Positions 52,936-64,000 of a stretch of 64,000 bases of DNA are shown piece by piece; the first letter of the stretch is position 1; every line of letters starts with the position of its first letter. The notes under the pieces are model-generated. The model worked only from the letters and a program-made list of their open reading frames with translations, made no database searches and was not told where the DNA came from. The stretch covers positions 2,170,001 through 2,234,000 of the forward strand of contig JBHGNT010000017.1 of the NCBI GenBank assembly GCA_043228905.1. The letters are read 5' to 3'. The position numbers were made by a program, and so were the translations under genes. Source of the stretch: Azolla caroliniana. Lineage: Eukaryota; Plantae; Polypodiophyta.

Positions 52936-54543
52936 GGAGCTACAGTTCCAGTGGACACTTTTTTTGGAGCCTGGAAATGTTTTTAAGATTGTCTTCTAGT
53001 TTTCTATTTTATTGGAATTCAGCTTAGTTGAAACTTAATTTATGTTGAAGATAACCCCACGGTTGAGCTATTTGTTGCTGTATATTTTACGGGAGGATGG
53101 TATTGTTGGTGGCTTTCTTTTATACTTTTTTAATTGAAGGTTGTATCGTGGAGACATGTTGTCTTCAAGTTTTTTTTAGAAATTGAGTTCATAGATACTA
53201 AAAGTAAAACCATCTCAATCATTTTCTGCCTCAGAGTTCAAGTCGGCCCTTATTTTCATACATCTGAGATGTGATTGCTATAGGTAACGCAAATAAACTA
53301 ACTTGAATGCTTGTTACCTGGGTTTCCCACTGGTTTAGATTTATTGTGTTGAAAAGTTTCCAAATGGTGTTTTAGTGACTACGGTGAGCAAATCAGTGGT
53401 ATTATAGACATATTCCCAACAATGTTTGGAGTGTAAGATAATTGGTGTGAAGTGGTCCTCAGTTTTATGGCAAGTGATCCTTGATGAAGAATGAAAACCA
53501 AACAGGTATGTAGACTGTATGCTAAAATGCCTTTGGCATTGTAGTTGCTTGTTTGTCTTTGGCAACAGTAATAAATATGTGATTACTTAGTTTCAATTTC
53601 AGAATTCGCTGGATCTTGAGTTTTATGTGGAATTGTCACAATTAATGGTCTTATTATTTGGTTGCATTTCATTTGACATATTCACATGAAGAATAGAATC
53701 ATATTTTTGGTGTCCACTACTCATGTAGATTATTATAATGTTATAATGGCCTCTTGCTTATTTACTATTACTATTCCTGAATATTAATGGGAATATGAAT
53801 CACTTGGGGTGTCTTGCATAATATGTGATATTGTGATCTATGCTATCATATGCCAATATTTGCAAGGTTATTGTCTACGTAGGCGTTATCAAGTGCAAAT
53901 GCTCGACTCTAGCACTAGGGGTAGTGCAAAATTAAACTAAAAGAAACAATTTAGTAAAATAGTTTATTCAAATCTCATTTACTTCATAACTAGTTAGTAA
54001 ATCAACATATGCTTTGCCATACAAATAACTAAAGAGAGATAGGTACGTAAATAGATAGATTGATAGATTTATTGTTGTCTTCAGAGGTCAACTATGACCT
54101 ATGAGACCAAAAATATTACATTTTATGTAATACGTGTGAAAGTGAGTAGCAACTTTGTTGCCCGAGCTTAGGTGCAGAGGGTCATAGAGATGCATTCTAG
54201 AGTTATATCATACATAACTTGAGTTCCAAACTACTTTCATAACTATTAGTTGTAGAATGAAAGCAATTATAATGATACCTAAACTCCTAACCTTAAAATT
54301 TTGACATGAGACACCTTGGGATGTTATTTTATGTTTCACTTCTACTCAATTGTGCGAAAAATTAGGTGCATTATGGGCTATTGTTTTATGTTTTATTTAT
54401 TTTTTAAACTACACCATAGTTTCCATTACCACGATAAGCTTATACAAAGCATATAATGATACAATCTAGTGGAGGGTAAGATAGCAAAGAAAAGGTATAC
54501 CCCCCCCCCCCCCCACTATGTCATAAGTGAAACCAAACTCTAG

Positions 54544-54843
54544 CTATGGAGGAAACAACCATTGATGGGGTACATATTGGCAAACCATTTTGTCATTTCT
54601 CTCCACAAAGACGAACAAATCCTTCCACTTGTTGTTAAATGATTGTTGTTTCACAAAGATGGTATCTTCATTACCAGTGAAGGAGTCATATTGACCTTTT
54701 ACAATTGAAATAAGCATCAACCAACTTTCTTTCACACAATGAACAAAATTTTGCATTATTTGTTGAAACATATTTTTGCATCGATCTATCCAAATATTCC
54801 ACAAACCACCGATGATATTTATGTATGTCTTATTTTGACTCAA
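54544..54843 (-). mobile_element. L1-type LINE C-terminal fragment
   Basis: GLWNIWIDRC..F..SWLMLISIVKGQYD..W is similar to the C-terminus of the LINE at 29480-29776 (VVHGQYD). Confidence 0.65.
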
Positions 54844-55614
54844 TTATGTAACAACTCAAGTGAATGTTACTGATTAGCACTCATCTTAGAAGCTAGAGCA
54901 CCATGTATTGTTACATTTCAAATTAGAGTTCACGTTGAGAGTTTGGTTGCAACATTTGGTTAATAAAGTTCTATTAATGGTCTTATTGCATGTTGTGTAT
55001 GGTTTTGAATACGATTTACAAACATGCATATGAGAGTAGTAGTGACAAAACTTTGTATTTGAGGTATGCTGATGCCGAGAAACAAGCCTATGACAAAGTT
55101 GAACACATGCATCTCATTGTCCTCACGCAAATCGTTGGTATGGTCCATGCGCAAATGGCTTAGTATGGTCCATCTACTTTATGCCTTGGTATTGGCCCCC
55201 TATGTTGTTGTTCTCAACATCCCTTGGCTGGCACGATCAAGATTTGTTGGCGATAAGGAGTGATTGTCATCGCATCCGGCATACTAGAACAAGGGTTTAG
55301 GAGCTTGAGCAAGTTTTGGCTAATCCGTGGTTGGGGTCATCTTTGTCTAGTGAGGATGGTGGTCGTGGTAAAGTCCAAGGGGAGTCAAGGGTCAAGTCAC
55401 TCTCTAGATGACTCACTCATTCTTCTTCTTTCACGTAATCAACTACCCCCTCTTCTTCGCTCGCTCGCTCACTCTTCAGTACTCCCCTTCTCTTCTTCAA
55501 ACGTATCCATTACGTTGGTTGCTGTTGATTTCCTCTACATACTCCAAAAGTTCCACCTCTTTCACTCACTCCCTCTCCTCCATCTTATCCAACAATTCAT
55601 ATTCAGTTCGCGAG

Positions 55615-56142
55615 ATGTTGAACCTCCCAGCCACTCTCCCTCTCCTCTCAATCCTTTTTCTCATCATACATTCGGCAATGCCTGCGGAGGTTCTGGCTCT
55701 GCCTGTGGCGCTCACTCCCTATCCGACCTCCTCCTCCGACCAAAACATGGCGGTAGTGCAAGCCCAAGCCCAAGCTCTTATAGCAATCAAGGATGCAATC
55801 ACCCATGACCCCTCTTCTTGCCTCTCCTCCTGGACCACCACCTTCCTTGGGAGATTGCCAACAGTTGCAGACCTTGACAGCTTCCATCCCCCCTTCCATT
55901 TGGCAGCTTCCTCACCTCCAGACCTCACTGCTACTCCTGACATCACTGGTTTATCCAACCTCAGGGTTCTCTCGGTGAGCTACAACCAGCTAAGCGGAGA
56001 CATCCCAGGTTGGGTTTGGAAGCTTCCCAGACTGCAGGCACTCGACCTCTCCAACAATCGCTTCAGCGGCCGCTTCCCTCTGACTCTCACGCACCTCTCC
56101 TACTTCAAGTGCAATCTACGAGGATGTGCCGTTAACAATTAA
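55615..56142 (+). pseudogene. Truncated, internally deleted LRR receptor-like gene fragment
   Basis: Signal peptide, LRRNT start (QAQALIAIKDAITHDPSSCLSSW) lacking the CxWxGVxC cap, then only two plant-specific LRRs (LSVSYNQLSGDIP, LDLSNNRFSGRFP). It ends next to a Copia LTR. Confidence 0.7.
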
Positions 56143-56154
56143 GAACAATGTCTA

Positions 56155-56290
56155 TGTTAAGATTACCCGTTTACACCACAAATGATAAAACATGAGTTAT
56201 GAGGATAAAGACAAAATATGAGTTACAAAAGACAATAAGAAAAAGACAAAACAACTGTTACAAAGAACTAACGGCTCGTTATTACTTCTT

Positions 56291-56326
<36 letters not shown>

Positions 56327-57760
56327 AAGTATTGTTTAGAAAAGTGTGTGATACTACATCTAGAGTTTTCTGTAGGTTCTTACATTGTAATACACCTATC
56401 TTAATATAATATCTTACCTTGTTCTACATCCTTCGAAAACTCTCTCTCTTTCTGTTGTCAATCCAGCCCATTATATTCTGAACTTTTCTTACATGGTATC
56501 AGAGCTTAGTTGCACGATCTGAATCTCATACTCCCCTATAACCAACAAAACTCACCACATATTTTTTTTGAAATAAACAAATCTCAGTACTATCACTATG
56601 GCAAGCTCAAGCAGAAAATATACCTTGGACAAATTAATGGAGAAAAACTACAAAACCTGGAAGACTTGAATGGAGCTGCTACTTGATGTGGAGGAGTTCC
56701 TCGACGTCACAACTGGCGCTAGTCTAGAACTTGTAAAACGAGAGTAAGATGAATGGCATGAGTGGCGAAAGATGGATAAAAGAGCTAGACTAGAGATAAT
56801 GTTAAATGTAGATGAAAAGCAATCATAAATTATTTGAAAACTCACATTTGCAGCTGCAATGTGGGCAAAACTGAAGGAACTATACGAACCTCAAGATGGT
56901 ACAACTAAACTCCACACCTTAGCTACCCTGTTTAATATGTGTGTTTTACAGGAAGAAGAAGATGTTCCTACCTTCTTATCAACTTGGGAGGCATCCATGG
57001 ATGATGCAACTACCGCCGACAACTGCATCTCAGAAGACATCAAGATTGGATTAGTGCTAAGCAAACTCCCCGAATCTTGGGGAACATTCATCACTATGCA
57101 TAGTAGCACGGCAACATTGTCTGAGCTACTTACTAAGATCCGCCATGAAGACATTCGACGACAAAAGAAGAATAATGCTCAACCGATCCCAATGGCAGTC
57201 TCCATCAATTGATTCCAAAGGGGTCATCTAGCAAACCAACAAAGGTACAGACTTGAAAAAGTAAGAAATAATGAAACATCATCAACGCCGAACTACACAA
57301 CAATCATCAACGCCGAACTACACAACAATCATGGTGCGCCAACAACTAATGCAACAGAAAACAGAGGAGAGAAACTCAACCAATTACCTCATTCTCAGAT
57401 CTTAACCACTCAAGATGAGGGGTTAGGAATCTCTACTACAAAGACCGCCACCAAGCCTATGATCACCAAATCAGCCACTTGAAGTCTCGAACTTGAGGAT
57501 GTGCTAGTGCACCACCAACAACCCAATAGCTCTTCCTCAACATCCGAATGTCGAAATTGTGAATCTGAACATACAAGTTCAGGTCACCTACAACCCTACA
57601 CCTCAGAGTAACCTCAAAATCTCAAAATTGGTAGTCAATTTGTCTGCCAATCTGATCCTCAAAGCCCCGAAGGTGAACAAGTGTATGACCGAAGCTTCGA
57701 AAGCAACAATCAATCCACTGCCCAATATATTACTCGAAGCCTTGAACCTGAGCATACGAG
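56155..57760 (+). mobile_element. Ty1/Copia LTR retrotransposon 5' part (LTR, PBS, decayed gag)
   Basis: LTR ~56155-56493 (TG..CA, TA run), PBS TGGTATCAGAGC at 56494-56505, gag from 56598 (DKL..KNYKTWK.*ME; MWAKLKELYE; LSKLPESW) with stops. No 3' LTR is visible. Confidence 0.85.
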
Positions 57761-57763
57761 TGC

Positions 57764-59011
57764 CACAGACATGATCATATAGATCAGATGTTTAGCACAT
57801 TCTCCAGACAATTGTCTCGGCATGATGCTTTCACTTTACCTAAACTATTTGATGTCATTTGTGATGCTTATACACCACGCCCAAAAGTGTTACACTTGAA
57901 GGAGGTATATGACTTTAAGAGATATATATTAGATGGGGGTGGTGGGAATGTTAAATTGCTTGCTCAGTTAAACAATATAAGTTTCAATCACATTTTTATG
58001 ATAAAGAAAAATGGAATAAGTGGTTCTACACTTTTGTATGCTAAACAATATTCATCTTCTACAACATGGGAACCTGAAGGTGGTTGCCAGTTATTACTTT
58101 GTATGCCGAGTACAATTATCCATGGAGCTAAGCAAATGCCAATTGAGAAGAAAGGACAGTTGCAGAGCGACTTGGTATCAGAACAAAAACGGTCATGGGT
58201 CCAAGCCTTAGAAGAAAAAAGAAAGCATATTGAGGCCGCCAAGAAATATGCCGCACAACAAGACACGTCATGGTGGGATGTATTTTATAGTGATCAGAAA
58301 GAAATTATAGACAATTGTGTATCTGTTGATAATTGGAATTTGGAAACGCCATTCACATGGTCGCTGCAACATGATCGCGTAAATAGAAGTCCGGAGCAAC
58401 TAGTAAATGCGATTAATGACAGCTTGGTCCATCCACAACAAAGAGACATTTATGTGGGACCAAGGATGACGAAAGCAGCCGAAGCTAGATGGCAAGGAAA
58501 TTTGCAAGAGCTCACCGCGGGGATGTTGATTGCAACGCCGGCTGATGAGAACTCACATGGCCACCAATTTTGGGTTGGTAAAATTCTAGAAGTGCTAATG
58601 CATGAAATAGAAAACACGATCAAGTCTATAAATGTTCATTGGTACAACACTAGAAGTGCAAATGCTTTTACAGGTAAGTATACATTGGAGATGATTGAAT
58701 GCCCAACAAGAATGGGAGGTAGGAAGAGGAAGCGAAACATTCGTAACACCTCGACCCTTGATATCTCTGATGTGGATATCATCGTGTACGACTTCACACT
58801 TACAAAAGCCGGACGATTAAGGAAGTCAACAATAGATATAATATTACCAGGTCTACAAGGTGGCTCGAGTCAAAGGCAAACAAGATCTGCTACATATAAT
58901 CTAGAGTCAAACCATTTGGTTTATGACGAAGATAATGCATTGATTGGTACATCCGAGGATGACGAGGAGGAATCGTCATTGTATATTAGTTATAGTAGTG
59001 ATTCTCCGTAA
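57764..59011 (+). mobile_element. 5'-truncated open ORF (407 aa from Met) with an H.H..IDQMFS motif: DUF7869/Sola-like DDE transposase C-terminal part
   Basis: In-frame CHRHDHIDQMFSTFSRQL..FTLPKLF..YDFK resembles the GHTHxDIDQxFS motif of eukaryotic DDE-like transposon proteins. The C-terminus has an FWVGKI..VHWY module, an RKRKR NLS-like stretch and an acidic tail. Confidence 0.55.
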
Positions 59012-59459
59012 AGGAATGATCATGAATGTATTTTTGGCTATTAAGTGTAATTACATTCCGCTTGTAACAAATCGAGTAATATAAAATCATGTGTTTTGAA
59101 TTCTTATGATTTCTAAAAAATCATTTCTTATAAAATAACATTGGTTGTAAAGTTCGTGATATAAATTGAGAATGTAACTTTTTGAAATTCGTCTTTTTTT
59201 AGTTACTTCTAAATCACGGAAATAGTGGATTTTTAACCTTTTTCATAGTATGTTTGAACATGTATGATACTGGTATCAATGTGTTTTGTAAAATCATTGA
59301 AAAACCCCTAAAATTTCCCTTATCCTTCCATTTATGCGCGATCCTTCCACTTGTGAACGCGAACGTGTTCTTTCCGACTTTGTATTGTATGCATTTTATT
59401 TCATGGACCATGAAAGCATTCCATTGCTGACGTTCATACGTATCCATTTTGAAGGCCTA

Positions 59460-59585
59460 GGTCCATTTCCTTACCTCTCAATTACTCTGGATATTTCCTC
59501 TGAATTTACCTACATTACCACTCTAGAATGTAGGGGTTGAACCCATGATCCTGGTCTCCATTGGACAACCTTACCAAGCTACAAG
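59460..59585 (-). mobile_element. tRNA-derived SINE copy 2
   Basis: The minus strand reads TGTAGCTTGGTAAGGTTGTCCAATGGAGACCAGGATCATGGGTTCAACCCCTACATTC with an intact B box GGTTCAACCC. Homologous to 26345-26413. Confidence 0.7.
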
Positions 59586-59586
<1 letters not shown>

Positions 59587-59665
<79 letters not shown>

Positions 59666-59723
59666 AGCTTACCCTAGTGGTAAGTTGTTACACTACTAGC
59701 TTTACAACTCTAGTTCTCCATAC

Positions 59724-59770
<47 letters not shown>

Positions 59771-59773
59771 ACA
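59587..59773. repeat. Compound (CA)n(CT)n and (CT)n(CA)n microsatellites
   Basis: Direct reading of the sequence. Confidence 0.95.
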
Positions 59774-60802
59774 ATTCTGCATGGTATCAGGTGCAACAAA
59801 GTAGTTCAACCCCACCAAGATGTTTGTTGTGTTTTACGATAATCAAATGTGCTAATTGATGCTAATTGATCTTGTTGGACATAGGAGCATTATTAACAAA
59901 TGTGACGGCAAATGTTGCCCAACTATAATCTTGCACTTATAATATTGAAAAACTTTAATTAGAAAAATGATAAAACATGGCATATGACCATAGAGATCAT
60001 ATTTGGACACTAAAATTTGTGAGCCATGGTTGATGGAACCAACTTACATGCAAAAATTCATTACCCCACAAATAAATGCAATTAATCCTAGTGGTCTTGC
60101 ACTTGGCATATCCTTTTGCCATCTCCTTTGCTAGAAAAAATTTAAGTGCATTAGTTTCTCTGCTTTAAAGAGGAGTCTTATTCAGTATACTTCAAGAAAT
60201 AATTCTGAATTTATATAGAATATCCTGGTCAAGAATTTTTAAGAATGACATAATTAATCAACAACAAAGAAGTATTATTTTGGCTTAGGAGTCAGAATAA
60301 AATAATACTTCATAATTGCTTTCAACTACTAACTTAATAGAATTGAATTAATGTTTGGGAGGCTAGTGGATAATTGATTTGCAGAATTGCCAGGAATCAA
60401 AAGCGTTACTCCGAAACAATGGACATCTCTATAAATACTTAATGCTATAATTAGCAAAACAGTAGCCAGTAATTAAAATATTGCAAATAAAATACATTTA
60501 CTTGGCCTTTGAAAATCATGTCTTTTCAATGAATGAAGCTCTATGGTCATTCATCTATGAAAGTCTTTTTTGGGAGGAGACGGTTTACTTAATGTTGATT
60601 AAAACTCTTCTATTCCTCATAATATCATTGGGATAATCCAATATACCAATGGGGCCTCCAAGATTTTCATATTTTCATATTTTCAAATATGGTCATTTTT
60701 ATTCATGATGCATGGTTGTTATCATAGTTTAGAATGTAAACATGTGCAACTTGGCAGGTGCTCAAACAATACATATTACAGAATATGGTGCCAACTTGGA
60801 AT

Positions 60803-62780
60803 CATAGATTGACATATTCGCATTCGTGGGCATTCCCATTCAAATGCAAACGAATACGAATAAGAATGGAAAGTCAAGTATTCGTGTTTTTTTTTTGAAA
60901 AAAAGTGTATTCAAAGAGTAGTGAACAAAGAACGGTGTACAAGGAGTAGAGAATAGCTCGAACAACAAACAGTGAACGACGAACGGCCTATGAGTAGTGA
61001 TAAATACCTTGAAGGCTGAAAATTAGGGTTTGGCTATGTCCTTGTCTCTTCTACATGATGCCTAATTCTCACCTCCTCTTGCATCTTGTTCCCTAAAAAT
61101 TAGGGTTTGGTTGAAATTCATGTTGATGCCACTTTGAAATCAGTAAGTCTCTCTTCTCGATTCTCATCTATTTCTTCTTTATTCAAGCTTTTGTTTAGAA
61201 ATTATGTTTGATGATTGAGATTATGTTTCCCCTATATCTCATGTTGATTTTTTTTTATGTTACATCAGATTAATCTCTCCCAAGATCAGTGGAAGGTAAT
61301 TAGCTTATTAATAAGGTGAAATTTCTGTTGATTATTGATACTTCTAGATGTTAATTTACTAAAATGGTGAAGCAAAAGGCCTTTGAATGGGATCATGTGA
61401 CCATTGTGCGAAAACCTGATAAGGGTATGCCCGTTGTTCAATGCAAACATTGCCAACATATATTTGTTGGTGGCCCCTTTCGAATTAGATCACACCTATT
61501 GGGCACGAAAGGTTTCGGTGTTGACAAATGTCGTCGAATTGATGTTGTCAAAAAAGTTGAAGTACAAAAAATGATATCTAATACTAGTTATGAAAATGTT
61601 GATGTGAATGGGGGATCATCAATGAAATGCAATGCTGAAAAAAGTAGTGCAAATGTTGATGTTGTGGAGTCAACATCAATTAATGAAATGCTTTCATCAT
61701 CTTCTGTTAATGCATCAACAAATAAAAAGATGAAAGTAGACAATGGTGAATCCTTGAAAGTGTCATGGCAAAAGCAACTTGATAAAAAGGTTGATGAAGC
61801 TATTAGGAGGTTTTCTTTTGTAGAGGATGCACCAGATGTAAAAGCGGGAAGTGCATATTTTCATGACCTAATAAAAGCTGTAGCACTTGCTAGGCCTTCT
61901 TATAAGCCACCATCTCCTAATCAATTACGTAGAAGGCACTTGAATGAAGAGGTGAATTATGTTAAAAATGAGATTATCCAAATTAGAGAAAAATGGAAAA
62001 TTGTTGGTGTATGATTGTAAGTGATGGTTGGTCAGATACAAAGAATAGACCTATAATTAATGTCATAGCTACTTCGGCATATGGCACTTTGTTTCTGAAA
62101 TTAGTTGACACTAGTGGATAATGTAAATCAGGAGAGTATATTTTTAAGATTTTGAAAGACGTTATTCTTGATATTGGCCCATCCAATGTTGTGCAAGTTT
62201 GTATGGACAATGCAACAAATTGTGTGGCAGTTGGGAGGATGATAGAAAAAGATTGGCCCATGATCTTTTTTACTAGATGCACATGTCACTGCCTTGATTT
62301 GTTGTTTGGAGATATTGGAAAATGTGCTTGGGTTCATGATGTTATGAAATTAGCTACAAAGCTAATCGTGTTTATAACATGAAAACAACATTCTTTGGCA
62401 ATGTTTCGTAAGTTTAGTGAGAAAGAATTATTAAAGCCTTCCACTACTAGGTTTGCCTATAGTTTTATCATGCTTTCAAACTAATTGGATGATAGAGTCC
62501 AAGGTGGATTAAGAAGAATGGTGGCTAGTGAATAATGGTGTCAATGGAAAGGATCGAAAACACAACAAGGAGAAGAAATAGTTTCAATTGTACTTGATGC
62601 TTCCTTTTGAGCAAATATGAAGAAGATAGTAAAGATATGCAAGCCAATCCTAAAAGTTCTTAGATTGGCAGATAGAGAAGGAGCAACCATGGGTTTAATT
62701 TATGAATGTACTCAATATATGATAGAAGAAATAAACCACATTGAAGATGTAGATCGTATAATGCTTGATGAATTAAACCC
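60803..62780 (+). mobile_element. hAT DNA transposon, decayed transposase (BED zinc finger plus DUF659 region), 3' truncated
   Basis: W.HV..VQCKHC..F.GGPFRIRSHL..C (BED finger), YKPPS, SDGWSD..RPIINV, VVQVCMDNATNC, CTCHCLDL, TTRFA. Several stops and frameshifts. The 5' end is estimated. Confidence 0.9.
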
Positions 62781-62805
62781 CATACTTAGAGCATAGGAGG
62801 TTCTT

Positions 62806-63421
62806 CTAGTCAAGAAAATATAAGCATTCATTATCCAGAATGACATCTAAATCATCTATTTCTGCACCATCAATAGATAACACTTTGGTTTCATCCCCAG
62901 TTTTTCACCTGAAATAATAAGAATAAGAATAAAATGTGTGATCAACAAAAAAACATCATGTAAAAGAGCATATGGGTGGAACATATATTAGAGATATGGT
63001 ACTTAGCCATCTTCATTAGCTCCTCAAATGTTGTAGGCTAGAGAATTAGCTTACCACTCATTTTTCCTCCCTTGCTAGTAGGGAATCCATCAAAAATCGT
63101 TACTTGACGGGGATGGCTGGTGTGAAATACTCCACTAGACTCATTCTCTAGATGGAAAGATGCAGAAACAACATTAAAAAGAGATGCCTCAAAATTCTTT
63201 TATGAGTATGACATAATTTTATTTGACGTCTTAGGGGATGTAGTCTGTAGAGGCTTCGCAGCAAAACACTTGCAAAAAGATGAAGGTACCTATGCCCCGA
63301 ATTGTGGAGAAACCGGATAATTATAGTCAGGTACAACGTTTCTTTCTAATTCTTTTTGATCGTTGAGTTGAGCTGATATATCTCCCTCTTCCAATTCTGC
63401 CATTGCATAACGAGATGACTT
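62806..63421 (-). pseudogene. AKT1-like Shaker K+ channel 3' end (KHA domain), disrupted
   Basis: The minus strand reads ..[36 protein letters not shown] /intron/ EKLGMKP(frameshift)KVLSIDGAEIDDLDVILDNECLYF. This matches the recalled AKT1 NF.NSLF motif and KHA domain. It has three in-frame stops and one frameshift, and is cut by Copia at 63422. Confidence 0.85.
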
Positions 63422-64000
63422 TGTTAGAACATTATTAATGTAAGCAATATAGATTAGGATATTAGAAAATACTTTACCATGAATAAAGAACCATGAAGGT
63501 TCACATGAAATTGTTTTACTTCAAGAACCGTGAAGGTTCATATGTAACTGCTTTCCAAGATTGTACCTATATATCTACCATCAATAAGAATAATTATGTT
63601 AGGGCTTTTTTATACATAGAAGCTTTATTACCTGGAATTCTTACATGATATCAGAGCCAAAACAATCCTAGATATCCATTTTCTCTCTAAGCATTCTCTA
63701 TAGGTCGATCCGAAAGGTCTGCAGAAATGGCTTCGAGTGAAGGAACATCAACGGCCTCAACAACAACATCAACAACACCTACCACAAGAAAGTATTGAAT
63801 CGAAAAATTAAACGAAAATAACTACAGGATGTGGAAATTAAAGATGGAACTCATCCTACAATGAATGGACCTACTTAGAATAATCAAAGGTGAGATCGAA
63901 CAACCAACCACAAAACCTGAAACAACAGAATGGAAGATGAAAGATCTGGATGCAAGGACTGAAATCATCATGCATCTAACAGATAGACAAGTCGATCTTG
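63422..64000 (+). mobile_element. Ty1/Copia LTR retrotransposon 5' part, continuing past the window edge
   Basis: LTR ~63422-63645 (TG..CA), degenerate PBS TGATATCAGAGC at 63646-63657, gag from 63727 (IEKLNENNYRMWKLKMELIL..W..KDLDARTEI) with stops. Confidence 0.85.

Noticed and set aside
59677-59800. PBS-like TGGTATCAG after CA at ~59782 (and TGGTATCAAG at ~9568)
   Set aside because: No gag, second LTR or TSD could be found. These may be LTR relics but cannot be supported.
61021-61110. Telo-box-like attagggttt repeats
   Set aside because: They lie inside the hAT 5' region, not at a host promoter or telomere array.
62806-63421. Idea that stops in the K+ channel fragment are repaired by U-to-C editing
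   Set aside because: Such editing is established only for organellar transcripts, and a frameshift and a Copia insertion are also present.

Overview
Eukaryotic nuclear DNA from a land plant: AT-rich, with multi-exon GT-AG genes. It is most likely a fern or other zoidogamous seed-free plant. That is inferred from a centriolar CCDC57-like gene and an unedited, fern-style plastid ndhD insertion. Seven intact or probably intact genes were assembled by hand: GCD1/mS45-like mitochondrial protein (-), 40S ribosomal protein S11/uS17 (-), a ~15 kb CCDC57-like coiled-coil gene (-), a Pti1-like kinase (+), a stellacyanin-type phytocyanin with an N-terminal Ser/Pro repeat (-), RPH1 (+) and eIF(iso)4G (+). 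Introns and intergenic DNA hold a Mutator-type MITE with a 9-bp TSD, tRNA-derived SINEs, L1/RTE LINE remnants and two plastid insertions (ndhD, trnH). The last ~9 kb is a transposon nest: an LRR-RLK fragment, Copia, a 407-aa DDE-like ORF, hAT, an AKT1-like K+ channel pseudogene and a second Copia. Family assignments come from recalled motifs, not database searches. Exon boundaries are manual and some are approximate.
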